Positions 39,473-52,144 of a stretch of 64,000 nt of DNA are shown here, in pieces. A model generated the notes under the pieces. It made no database searches. It was not told the DNA's origin and saw only the letters and a program-made list of their open reading frames with translations. Source of the stretch: Adineta vaga (lineage: Eukaryota > Animalia > Rotifera). Position numbers and translations under genes: made by a program. The number at the start of each line of letters is the position of its first letter. Position 1 is the stretch's first letter. Location: positions 11,284,001 to 11,348,000 of the forward strand of contig CP075494.1 in the NCBI GenBank assembly GCA_021613535.1, given 5' to 3'.

Positions 39473-41288
39473 ATGAATCTTATGAAAGAACTTATAACAA
39501 AGTAAGATAGAGTTAAAAAAACGACTTTCATGAAAGTATACAATCTTCTCACTTAGTCATCCAATTTTTCCATTATTAACAATGGTTTATCAGAAATGTG
39601 AATTAGCAACAATTACTCCTCAACCACTTGATTCACTAGATGACGATATTATCGAATTTATCAAACAGGTAATAGATATTTAGTAAATGTCAAGATAGAT
39701 TTGTTCTGATTTTTTTGGTATAGTTAAATAAAGAACAATTTCAATATGGTGGATCAAACGATGAAATCGATAATTTCGTAAGTTTTTATACTTGTTCTAC
39801 TCTCAATCAAGCAAAGAATAACTTTCAGATGATACAAGCAATTCAAGTTTTACGATTTCATCTATTAGAAATCGATAAAGTTCATGAATTGTGCGATAAT
39901 TTCTGCCAACGATATATTACTTTATTAAAAGACAAGATGTCTCTGTAAGAACACATCATATATTCTATGAAAAATAATCATTTTATTTCCATTGATAGAG
40001 ATCTTTTTACGGATGATTGTAAATCTGAAGAAGAAGAAGAAGGAGAAAGTTTAATAAATGATGAAGACATCAAACCAATCTATTCTTCACCTCATCAAAT
40101 ACAATTGAATCGTTCATTATCTATTAGTGAAGGGACAAATGAAAATTTCGAAAGTGACACTTATGAAGAAACTGAAGAGAAAGTGAAAGCAACACATCGT
40201 TTGAAAAAACGAGGTATATTTCCGAAATCAGCTACTTCATTAATGCGCACTTGGTTATTTCAACATTTAAGTGTAAGTCTAAACGAATTGTAAAGAAATG
40301 AAAATAATTTTTCTTCGTTTTAGCATCCATATCCATCGGAAGATGAAAAAAAGTTTCTAGCACAAGAAACAAATCTTAACATATTACAAGTTAACAACTG
40401 GTATGTTGATCGCGTGATAAGCAACAGCTGTCATATCTTTTTTTTCTTTCGATTTCGTTATATATGTGCACATCCGTTTTGAAAACGTGTCATAATGAGA
40501 GCGAGAAAGAAGAACGAACCTGCAATTAAATTGTCATCAACTCATCAGAAAGAATAACACGATTATGAAAACTATCTTTATTTCGAGATCTTCTAGAGAA
40601 CTGATATTCCAAATTTTTGTATCAGTGAGATTATAATCATTGCTATGAGGATTTTCTTCGTTTTCAAAGTATTCTAATCGATTGACACATCTTTCTTTTC
40701 CATCTGATCAATTGTGTAACGCTCCAGGAGATTTTTCTTTCTTTTCTCTTTTCATTACGCAATTGTATTTGATGAATATAATAATACTAAAACTCATCCA
40801 TCAATTGAAGGTTTTGTTCTATATAAAAGTGTACAAAATGACTGATTTTTTGTTTTATTAAACAGGTTCATCAATGCTCGACGACGTATTGTACAACCAA
40901 TGATTGATCAATCGAATCGAGCAGGTAAGATTCATGTGAGTTATAGATATGATTTCAAATATCCTTTTCTCAATAGCAACAATGGGAACAGAATATTATA
41001 ATTATACGACTAATAATCCATATTATACAGTGGATCTGAATCGAATATCACATGGATTACAACCAAGTAGGTTGAAACCAATATTTCCTTACGGATTGAT
41101 TTAGTTTCTTTTTAATAGATCTGTTCGATGATATGGCAACAACGTCAGCTTATTATTCACCATCGATACATTCAAATTCTAGCTTTTCTACTACCACTAC
41201 TACTGTCACAGATATACAGACTGCATTATTATCAGCACAATATGAAATATCTTCATTATCTTATCATGAACGAGAAAATGGAACTTAG
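39473..41288 (+). CDS. MEIS: MEIS/homothorax TALE-class homeobox protein
   Basis: MEINOX domain HPIFPLL..KCELAT and [30 protein letters not shown]. Homeodomain KKRGIFPK...WLFQHLSHPYPSE...[25 protein letters not shown]. Confidence 0.95.
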
Positions 41289-41844
41289 AAACTTATACTG
41301 CGATTCATCAATTACTATAATTTTATATTTAGTCATATGTTTATGTCAGATTATGTTTCATGATGAAAGAAATGGAATAAATCAGATTAAAGACTCAGAC
41401 AAAAATAATTTTATGTCAACAGTATGACAGTTTTCAGTTAAAAATTCTATTGCGTGACATCAATTTGATCCTCATAGAAAGGTGACAATGATTTTGAAAC
41501 ATAATAATGACACATAGAAAAAGATTACCTATCAATTAAAAGAAAAACTCGACACTATTCTATAAGAGAGTAATTGAAGTGATATACTATTGATTTTCAA
41601 TCTAATCTGGAGAACGATTGAAACATCGTGGTCTGTAATGAGTGTCTAAACCAGGTGTATATGATATCTATGATAGATAAAAAAAGAAGAAGAAGAGAAA
41701 CACAACAGATGGAAAATTAAAAATGATTAAGCTAAAAATCTATCTTTCAATATATGGTCGGACAGATGTACTTTTAAGTACCTCAATAGGTTCTGATCAT
41801 CGCAGAAACGTTGCCGTATTCAATAGAACTAAACTATCACATTA

Positions 41845-43344
41845 ATGACAAAAATGCGTATTGATCAAGGATTATCATGTATTAAATCAGGTTCACGAGT
41901 TTTTGTCCATGGTAAGCAAAGTGAATAGAAAATGATCTTGTGATAAACGAAACAAACTTCATCCTAGTTTTATAAAAGAAAAGCGTTACAGCTTCTGATA
42001 TAATCATTTATAGGTTGTGCTGCAATTCCAAAATATCTTAGTCGTTTACTTGCTGACCGTGCTGATCAACTTAAACGTGTAGAAATAATCGGAGCACTTC
42101 CTCTTGATAATACATTTACTGATCCCAAGTTCAAAAACAGCTTCTTCGTTAATTCTCTCTTTGCATCCGCCTACGTTCGACCAGCAATAGCCAATGGTAC
42201 TGCATCATACATACCTACATTCCTCGGTGAAATGCCTCGTCTCTTCGATCAAAACATTCTCTCACTTGATGCCGCTCTCGTCCAAGTCTCACCACCTGAT
42301 CGACATGGCTATTGTTCACTCGGTGTCTCGGTCGAAGTCACCAAATCAGCAGTCAGAAATGCTAAAACTATCATTGCACAAATCAATCGACATATGCCAC
42401 GAGTACATGGCGACACATTTCTACATATCAATGATATTCATGCTTATGTCGAACACGATGAACCACTTATCGAAGTGGATTATTCACAAGAAGTTACTGA
42501 TGTCGAAAGACAAATCGGTCGACGAGTAGCGGAACTCATCGACGATAGAAGTACATGTAAGTTGTCAGAAATCAGTCTATTTCATACTATTGCATTCTTT
42601 TCATGATGATTTTAGTACAAATGGGTGTGGGTACAGTTCCAGATTGTGTACTGAAATGTCTCGAAAACCACAAAGATCTTAGTATTGCATCGGAGATGAT
42701 ATCAGATGGTGTTGTTCCATTGATTCAGAAAGGTGTCATCACTAATCGATACAAAAAGTTTCATCCGGGCAAGACAACATCGACATTCATTATGGGAACA
42801 CGAAAACTCTATGACTTTGTTGATGACAATCCAAACATATGTCTATTAGATGTTGCCATTACGAATGATCCAGCACAAATTAGACAAAATACAAAGATGT
42901 GTTCGATCAATGCTGCAATAGAAATTGATCTCACTGGTCAAGTATGTTCTGAATCGTTAGGAACAATGCACTATTCAGGTGTTGGAGGACAAGTGGATTT
43001 CTTACGTGGTGCTGCATTGAGTCATGAAGGAAAACCTATTCTTGCTCTTCCATCACAAACAACAAAAGGTATTTCACGTATTGTTAATACGGTAAGTTGA
43101 TTCTTAGGCTAGTTTGAATGAGAAAGCGAGATGATGTGTTTGTTGTTGTTGTTAGTTAAAAGAAGGTGCTGGTGTAACAACTACTCGTGCACATGTTCAC
43201 TATGTAGTGACAGAATATGGTGTTACAAATTTGTTTGGTAAGAACTATCAACAACGTGCCAAAGCATTGATCGATATTGCACATCCAAATCATCGTGAAA
43301 CATTGGAACGTGCTGCATATCAACGATTCAAAAATCTTTATTAA
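41845..43344 (+). CDS. Acetyl-CoA hydrolase/transferase family (4-hydroxybutyrate or acetate:succinate CoA-transferase-like), copy A
   Basis: IKSGSRVFVHG, QVSPPDRHGYCSLG, QMGVG, SEMISDG (catalytic Glu), SGVGGQVDFLRGA and VVTEYG. Four exons. Confidence 0.92.
42100..43344 (+). repeat. Direct repeat, near-identical to about 46819-48063 (offset 4719)
   Basis: The offset is constant with no indels and includes two introns. About 7 substitutions are visible by eye, all in the first 500 nt or so. Confidence 0.9.
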
Positions 43345-44626
43345 ATTTTATTTTACTTTAAAAAAGTGGTTAGAGTTTAATGTTCTATTTTGTCTTGAAA
43401 GCTTTTCATGAGCATTTCACTCATCGAAGAAAATATCTTAACTAAAATCAAATTATTTCATTAAAAATCGTCAAGAGCCTTCTCACTTCGACATATATAG
43501 GAAATCAATGAAAAAGGATCTCAGATGCTATATCAAAGAACTTTTCCTGAATCAACTTTTCGATTTACTTCCAAGTCTTTCCATTAAAACGTCAGAAACA
43601 CAGTCAATCATCATTGTAAACGAAGAATATGAAAAGAATGTTGAACTACATGTACCGGTTGGAAAGCCACATATACTATTCAATTTCCTGAGACTTCATT
43701 AGGTAATAGACGCTTTTGCTAATTGTCTTACTTAGGAAACAAGTAGCTCGTTCAAATTTTACATTTTAACTTCAAAGAAATTCTACTAATTATTTTTCTT
43801 TACTAATTGATTTCTATAAAAAATAAGACTTAAATAATTTAAAATAAGAAAATGGTTCTATCCGTCATACTTGTCTCAGTTCAATTCCACCTCATATACT
43901 GATCTAATAAGAAAGAGAAAACATCTAGTTTTTATTAAAAATCGAAACTTTACAATTGATAAGTTTGTCGTTCGTTTCCTCGAAATAGATCTCCATCGGA
44001 AGACGCTCGAATATACAGAGTAAGAATACATAATTGTGAATAATAATTTTTACTGTTGTATTTATTACCGTCTATATATATGAGATTCTGCATGTCAACC
44101 TATTTCCATAAATAGGTCTTACCAGAATAAACTGAGTCACCTAATTATTGGAGGTGGAAATGCAAATATCACGAGTTCCATTTAAGCATCTTTTGTTTAT
44201 GCATGTTCTCGTTGACATCTATTCTCTTGGATATTTGATCGTGTAGGTTGACTAATCTTTATATTAGATATAGGTATCAAGATTTCACCAGATAAAATAG
44301 CATTTGACAAAGTAGTATAGAAGATTTTTTAACAAATAAAAGTTCAAAAAGTATTTGTTTGGTTCTCTACATTTAATTATTACAATATACGCTTGCAGTG
44401 ACTGATTAAACACCAGAAACAGTAATGCGATTTTTAATATGAACGTCAGTCTATATGTTCTGCTTATCAAAACGAATAAAAAGAATTTTTATATGACGTC
44501 TTTCAGACTTAATAACTATATCATAAATAGATAGGTTTATATAAAAGAGTTAGCGAGTTGAATATAATTACAAGCATTTAAATTGGCTAATCTGGAATAA
44601 TTTACTTGTCATTTCGAAGATATTTC

Positions 44627-45715
44627 ATGGCAATTGCTGACGATCTTAGTTCAGTTCAATCAGCTCTAACTTGTTATATTTTACCATTCATTTTCCTTTT
44701 TGGTATCATTGGAAATGTATTGAATATTACAGTTTTCTCTCAAAAACATCTTCGCATGAATTCCTGTTCAATTTATTTCATTTCAACATCGATCTTTAAT
44801 TTTCTTGTTATGTGTTTTGGAATAATTCCAATTCTTACATCATCTTATTCATCCTATGATTATGCATCTTATTCAGTTAGTTATTGTAAATTACGTTCAT
44901 ATTTTGTTCATGTTTTATTTATGATGTCACGATCAAGTGTCGCTTTAGCTTGTATTGATCGTTTTGCATTATGTTCACCTAATGTTCGAATTCGTGCTCT
45001 TAGTCAACGAGGAATGGCAATAAAACTAATCTCAATTGTTTGTTTTCTTTGGCTTTTAATACCTATTCATATGATTATATTTGTCGATATTCAAATGTCT
45101 AGTAGACGATGTGGTGGAAATGGAAGTTATTCATATATTTATGGTCTTTATGCAGCTGTTGTTACAGCAATTCCATTGATAATCATGTTGCTTTTTTCAA
45201 GTTTAGCAATTTATGATTTAAAACGTATTCGATCTCGTATTCAACCAGATCAAATAGTAATTGCTTCAAATACTCCAAGAACAGTTCGAATAAAGAAACG
45301 TGATGCTCAATTAATGATTATTTTAGTTAGTGAAGTAGCTATCTATTTTTGTTCAACAGTATTATTTCCAATTTATTCAATTTATGTTGCAGCTACATCA
45401 AATGTTTCTAAAAATGCTGATCGAACAGCCATTGAATGTTTTATCCGTTATATGGCATTAAGTTTCTTACTTTATTTAAATTCAGCTTCAATATTTTATG
45501 CTCATATTTTAGCTTCGAAAGCCTTTTGTAAAGAGTGCAAACAGTTAATGTTACGATTAATTAAACGAAGAGAAAATGAAAATATGTTAATGACAACAGC
45601 AGGAATGTCAAATACTAAAGGACCAATCAGTCGAATTGGTAAACAACAACAACAAATGGACATATCATTGAGAAATAAAGTAAACAAATCAAGTCAAATG
45701 ATTATAATTCAATAG
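44627..45715 (+). CDS. Intronless rhodopsin-like (class A) GPCR
   Basis: GIIGNVLN (TM1), CKLRSY, ACIDRF (DRY-like) and seven hydrophobic segments. TM7 YLNSASIFY lacks NPxxY. Confidence 0.9.
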   Translation: MAIADDLSSVQSALTCYILPFIFLFGIIGNVLNITVFSQKHLRMNSCSIYFISTSIFNFLVMCFGIIPILTSSYSSYDYASYSVSYCKLRSYFVHVLFMMSRSSVALACIDRFALCSPNVRIRALSQRGMAIKLISIVCFLWLLIPIHMIIFVDIQMSSRRCGGNGSYSYIYGLYAAVVTAIPLIIMLLFSSLAIYDLKRIRSRIQPDQIVIASNTPRTVRIKKRDAQLMIILVSEVAIYFCSTVLFPIYSIYVAATSNVSKNADRTAIECFIRYMALSFLLYLNSASIFYAHILASKAFCKECKQLMLRLIKRRENENMLMTTAGMSNTKGPISRIGKQQQQMDISLRNKVNKSSQMIIIQ

Positions 45716-46374
45716 TAAAAGAAGAACAATCGTGATTTTTTTGGTTGTTGTTGTAATTGTTTATCACACAATTCTTTGTCCGTTTTCTGAAAGAGAAATA
45801 AACATCCTCTGTACTAAAGTTCTTTGAAAGAATGAATATTCTTCGTGTTGATATAAAATTGGTAAGAACAAAGATACACGATACATATATGCCGTAATAC
45901 GAACATCAGATGACTCTCATTATATCTTTAGGATATGGAATGAATAACAGAATATTCACTTTGAATTTATGAATGCGTTTGATTAAAAGTAATAGACAAT
46001 TACTAGATAAAATAAGTTGTACCCAAAACAATCATGCATGAACCGAGACTAGACGGGTGAGGTGAATACATATTTCGATCATATTTACTGATTAAACAAA
46101 AAAAACATTTTTTGTATACACTATGATATTTAAAATGCTTCATTTCAGTTCAGCACAGATACTAAAGACAAACAAATTGATTCCTTTCAAATGGAAATTT
46201 TCGGATATACATAATATAAATTTGAAAAGAAAAATGACGAATTTATTGTTGTTTCTCTTGTCGATATAGAATGCAGAACGAAAGAACGCAAAAACATGTG
46301 ATCAGAAACTATACGTAGAAAGAAAACAAAGCAACAAACATTTGATATCAGATGGACAGTGAAGTAACGAAAAC

Positions 46375-48063
46375 ATGACTCGTATGCTTATTGATCAAGG
46401 TTTATCATTGATTAAATCAGGTTCACGAATTTTTGTTCACGGTAAGTAAATTACAATAAATCGATGTTTATTCTCTCACTTATCATATCATTCATACACG
46501 TTAACGTTTTCACTATGATCACTCATCGAATAATTATGTTGAATCTTTGGTTTTTATGCTCATTTTTCAAACTTGAGGTATAGTCCTCACGAAATTTCAA
46601 CTATACGGGCATAACAAGTTAAGATATGAGCTAAAATTCATTATCGATATCTGTACCCTTCACAACAGATGTCAGTATTTTCGTATGTTCCTAAAAAACA
46701 CCTAAAATGTTTTCTTTCGATATACATCTTAGGTTGTGCTGCCACTCCACAGTATCTTAATCGACTGCTTGCTAAGCGTGCTAATGAACTTAAACGAGTA
46801 GAAATTATGGGCATTCTGCCTCTTGACAATACATTTACTGATCCCAAGTTCAAAGACAGCTTCTTCGTTAATTCTCTCTTCGCATCCGCCTACGTTCGAC
46901 CAGCAATAGCCAATGGTACTGCATCATACATACCTACATTCCTCGGTGAAATGCCTCGTCTCTTCGATCAAAACATTCTCTCACTTGATGCTGTTCTCGT
47001 CCAAGTCTCACCACCTGATCGACATGGCTATTGTTCACTCGGTGTCTCGGTCGAAGTCACCAAATCAGCAGTCAGAAATGCTAAAACTATCATTGCACAA
47101 ATCAATCGACATATGCCACGAGTACATGGCGACACATTTCTACATATCAATGATATTCATGCTTATGTCGAACACGATGAACCACTTATCGAAGTGGATT
47201 ATTCACAAGAAGTTACTGATGTCGAAAGACAAATCGGTCGACGAGTAGCGGAACTCATCGACGATAGAAGTACATGTAAGTTGTCAGAAATCTGTCTATT
47301 TTATACTATTGCATTCTTTTCATGATGATTTTAGTACAAATGGGTGTGGGTACAGTTCCAGATTGTGTACTGAAATGTCTCGAAAACCACAAAGATCTTA
47401 GTATTGCATCGGAGATGATATCAGATGGTGTTGTTCCATTGATTCAGAAAGGTGTCATCACTAATCGATACAAAAAGTTTCATCCGGGCAAGACAACATC
47501 GACATTCATTATGGGAACACGAAAACTCTATGACTTTGTTGATGACAATCCAAACATATGTCTATTAGATGTTGCCATTACGAATGATCCAGCACAAATT
47601 AGACAAAATACAAAGATGTGTTCGATCAATGCTGCAATAGAAATTGATCTCACTGGTCAAGTATGTTCTGAATCGTTAGGAACAATGCACTATTCAGGTG
47701 TTGGAGGACAAGTGGATTTCTTACGTGGTGCTGCATTGAGTCATGAAGGAAAACCTATTCTTGCTCTTCCATCACAAACAACAAAAGGTATTTCACGTAT
47801 TGTTAATACGGTAAGTTGATTCTTAGGCTAGTTTGAATGAGAAAGCGAGATGATGTGTTTGTTGTTGTTGTTAGTTAAAAGAAGGTGCTGGTGTAACAAC
47901 TACTCGTGCACATGTTCACTATGTAGTGACAGAATATGGTGTTACAAATTTGTTTGGTAAGAACTATCAACAACGTGCCAAAGCATTGATCGATATTGCA
48001 CATCCAAATCATCGTGAAACATTGGAACGTGCTGCATATCAACGATTCAAAAATCTTTATTAA
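46375..48063 (+). CDS. Acetyl-CoA hydrolase/transferase family, copy B
   Basis: Same four-exon structure as copy A, starting MTRMLIDQGLSLIKSGSRIFVHG. The first intron is longer and unrelated to that of copy A. Confidence 0.92.
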
Positions 48064-49308
48064 AAAGATATAATAATTGACAGAAAAAAGCTTTGGTGTT
48101 GTTAAATAATGTATAATTTATTTGATTGTACACCTTAGTATTATAACCATGAATAATTCAGTTGCTGTTTTCTTAACCAGTATGTTGCATTTGCAACAGG
48201 TGTACGATGAAGCAGAAATTTTATGTTGAACATGATATAACAAATGTTTTCTTTGATATACCGACATTGATCAATCAAAGGAAAGGCCTTGGTGAATATC
48301 TATCAGTTCTAGATCAGTTAACTAAATACATCTGATTTTATCATTTGCAACGATGCAATGACATTGTTCGTCAATGTCAAACGGTACAATGGATTAGTAA
48401 TAAAACCTTAGAATCTGCTGATATGACAACATATAGCTGTCGTGTAAGACATATAAATAGTGTACATGAGTGATAGTTAATGAAATGTATACAAACATTA
48501 GATTATTACTGATAATTTACTCATTCAATGACATACCAAGAAAATCTTTCCATGCTGCTTCTTTGGAGCGCATCGTTTACAGATAGTATTAGCATTTTTA
48601 AAAGCAATTAAATATCAAAGTAGATGTATACACATAAGATCTAATCTATATTCTCGACAACTTTTGAGTCGTCTATCTAATCAAGTAAAAAAAATGAAAT
48701 CGTTGACGTGTCAATACATGATAACGAAAAGATGAAACAAGCCAACACCTCAAGCAATAGATAACTTATCGATTATCACAGGCACTTTCACATTGAAAGG
48801 TATTAATGAAATAAGATTATATTCTTTCAAAATAGCCACTAAGACACTGACTTTCACATGAACACTCGCTTGCATCTTACATTAGACTTGATCCCTGCTT
48901 AGTAGATTAGAATAGCAGCAGGAGTGTGTATTACAATTACAGATCCTTGATATGTACTAGCAGAATGATTCACAGTAGGTATGCTGTTCCTCATTATAGA
49001 TTTTAACAAGCAATTTTATTTCATATTCATTGACAAACTTAACCTGTCTGAATATAAAACGATTGTCTCAATGCAACGAAAAAAATGAAAAGAAGAAAAG
49101 GCAAACGAGAGATGGAGAGAAGTGTTATATTTTTCTTCTCTTCTCTTCTCTTTAAAAGGAAGAAAGAACAGTTGGCAGCAGTGCACATAGTGTTATACAT
49201 AATATAAAGAGAAAGAGAGGCCACTAGTCCGTTCGTCCGGTCGTATACGCTCGGTCGACGTTGAATATCATTTTCTCGCAATAACAAATACAAACGAGAG
49301 GAAGAGAG

Positions 49309-49326
49309 ACACACACACACACACAC
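49309..49326. repeat. (AC)9 microsatellite in the glypican 5' region
   Basis: Directly visible. Confidence 0.85.
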
Positions 49327-49399
49327 AGAGAAAAGACAAATTGTTGCTCCTGACGGCAAACAATTGTCGAAACGAACACACATATGAATTGATATTACT

Positions 49400-52144
49400 A
49401 TGTTTTATTATTTATTGCTTTTGTGTACATTAATAAACTCGATATTAAGCCAGCAGAATTCATGTTTTTTCTTAAATAATAAATTAAATAAATATAATAT
49501 TAATCTACCTAATCTTCAAACAACCAATCAACCTGCTATTCATTTATGTCAAAATTTAAATTCAAATCATTGTTGTCCACAAATCTATGAAGATCGTTTA
49601 CAAAATGCAACAGCTCTGGAACTTTATCGTCTATTTGAATTATCCACAATCAATCTTTACGAACCATTACTTCGTTTAACTAAAGATTTAAATAGTTCGT
49701 TGTTTTCTTTTCTCCATATAAAATCACCAAAATTCTCTTTTTTATAGATACATTCATTACATTAATCAATTATTCTCGTAATGAAACTCATCTTGTTCTA
49801 CAACGTGGTTACAATACTCTGTATCAATCTTATCAATATTCGATAGATAAATTTTTTAATCATCTTTTAACTTTAACATCTCGAACATATTCTCATGAAT
49901 TGAAAACTTATGTTGAAGATTTATTTCGAAATATTTTACATATATCATTAACATTGAATGATAATAAACAAATTTCAGCAACATATTTTTCATGTCTATG
50001 GAAAAATCAACCATTTGGTAATCATCCAAATCTCTTCGAAAAACAATTAGAAACCAATCTTGGTAAATTATTTCAATTAAATGATTTGTTCAAATTAAGT
50101 CATGAACTTGTTCAAGTTTTATCAACGGTAAGTGTTTGAATGATAAATCTTCGTGAGAATATACATGCATATTGAAATACTAGTCAAGCATATAATCAGC
50201 ATGAACGTTTCTATGATGTAATGACTTGTCCGTATCATATGAAACGTTTTATATGTCTATTATTTAAATATTCATTCACAGCTTCATTCGATACAGTTTC
50301 ACTAAAGAATAAATGTAAACATTTGTTTTAAAACGAAAAGAAACAAATCGCTATTGAAAGTGTCGCTTTCACACATTTTTACTTGCTTTATAGAGTGTTA
50401 CAACGGATTATCATTGCATTGATTCATATATACAATTATCTTATTGTAATCTGTGTCAAAGTCGAAATGAATTACCATGTTTATCAAATTGTATAAATAC
50501 TATTGAAAGTTGCCTAGTAAATTTAACCTTAATCGATGATGTATGGAAAGATTTCATAGGTAAAATTTAAATTGAACATTTCGAAAATTGTATTATAAGA
50601 TTTTTGTTTTATTCTAGATGCAATTGAGAATGTTGATTATTTTAATAATATCGAAAAAGTTTTATCATCAATTGGTTTATCTATATCAGATGCTGTGATG
50701 ACATTTTTCAATTCAGGCGGAGTACAAAACAAGGACGTATGTACATTGACAGATAGGAGAACGGTTGATTATAATTATCTTCATATATAGATCGTAGATC
50801 AATGTGGACATATACGTGTACGACGACAAACACTTTCTATCGATCAAAAATCTGATGATGAATATGGCAAAGCCATATCATTATCTTTGTTAGATCGACA
50901 ACTAAAACATATGAGCCGATCGTTACATATATATCGTCCATTTTGGATGAAATTTCCTGAACAAATATGTAAATCAACAGGTATATCTGCACCGAATGGA
51001 ACTACATGTTGGACAGGTAATTCAATTTCACCAGATGGAAGGTAAGAGAAAGAATCAATTTAAAAAAACGAACAATATATCGTTTATATTCGTATAGATC
51101 TTCTGTTCGTGTACAATATGATAAACCATTAAATTTAAAATTACAATGGATATTAAAAGAAATGAAAGAGAAATCTTCTATAATTGGAAATATACGTCGA
51201 ACTACGCCAGGTTTGTTTGAAGAAAAAAAAAGTACAGACACTTTTCCGCAGGTCACAATGACTATTCTACCGCACGTAATTGGAACTATTACTTCGAGTG
51301 TTTTAATTTGAATCAATCAATTGTATATGTATTATTAAATACTCTTAGTTTGAACTTTTATGTTTTCTTTAGCTTATTCATATTCATGTTCAATAGACAT
51401 TGAAACCATAAAGATAGACTATGGGGATTCGTATTATAGAATATAAAGGAAGAGTGTTCTATTTAATAAGACTTCACATACATACCAACAGTTATGAGCT
51501 CCTTTTTTTAATTGAAAAATGGACTTGCATTTTGTTTTCTTTCTCTATTAGCACTCAATGTCAACCCAATAACAGTTTCATCATTAGTTAATAATGGAAA
51601 AATGAATTTAATGATGCAAAATTTCAATGAAACATTAAAAACTGCGGATCTTGATGATTATCCAAATGATAATGAATTTGATTATTCGGATTATGCTTAC
51701 GAAGATTCATCAGATGGAACAACCACTACTTCAACATCATCTACAAGGATTAGTACTACAAGAACAACCACTACCACCACCACTACTCATCGAACAACAA
51801 CAGCAATTTCAATAGATGATGGTAGTGATAAATCTAATGAAGATACAAAAGGTGCTTATTATGATTATGGTGATAATGATTTGTATACGGATGAAGAAAT
51901 TGACGAAACATCGACAGATGAAGAACCTGTTCTAATTACAACAACGCGACGAATAATAACAACAAATAATTGGAAAGATCGAATACCATTTTATCATCGT
52001 CGACCAGCCGTTATATGGAATGTTAATGTAAATGATAATGATGATGAACAAAAATCAGGAAAATATGAACAGCGATATAACAGTGCTTCTTCTCTTCATT
52101 ATTCTTTTCTCATCCTAATAACAATGTTTATCTCTCGAGTCTGA
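49400..52144 (+). CDS. Divergent glypican (GPI-anchored)
   Basis: Signal peptide and the glypican Cys pattern: LCQ..CCPQIYEDRL, CLWKNQPFGNHP, YCNLC..PCLSNCINTIESCL..WKDFID, SISDAVM, QCG, FWMKFPEQIC..CWTG. It has an acidic/Thr stalk and a hydrophobic GPI signal. Confidence 0.85.
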
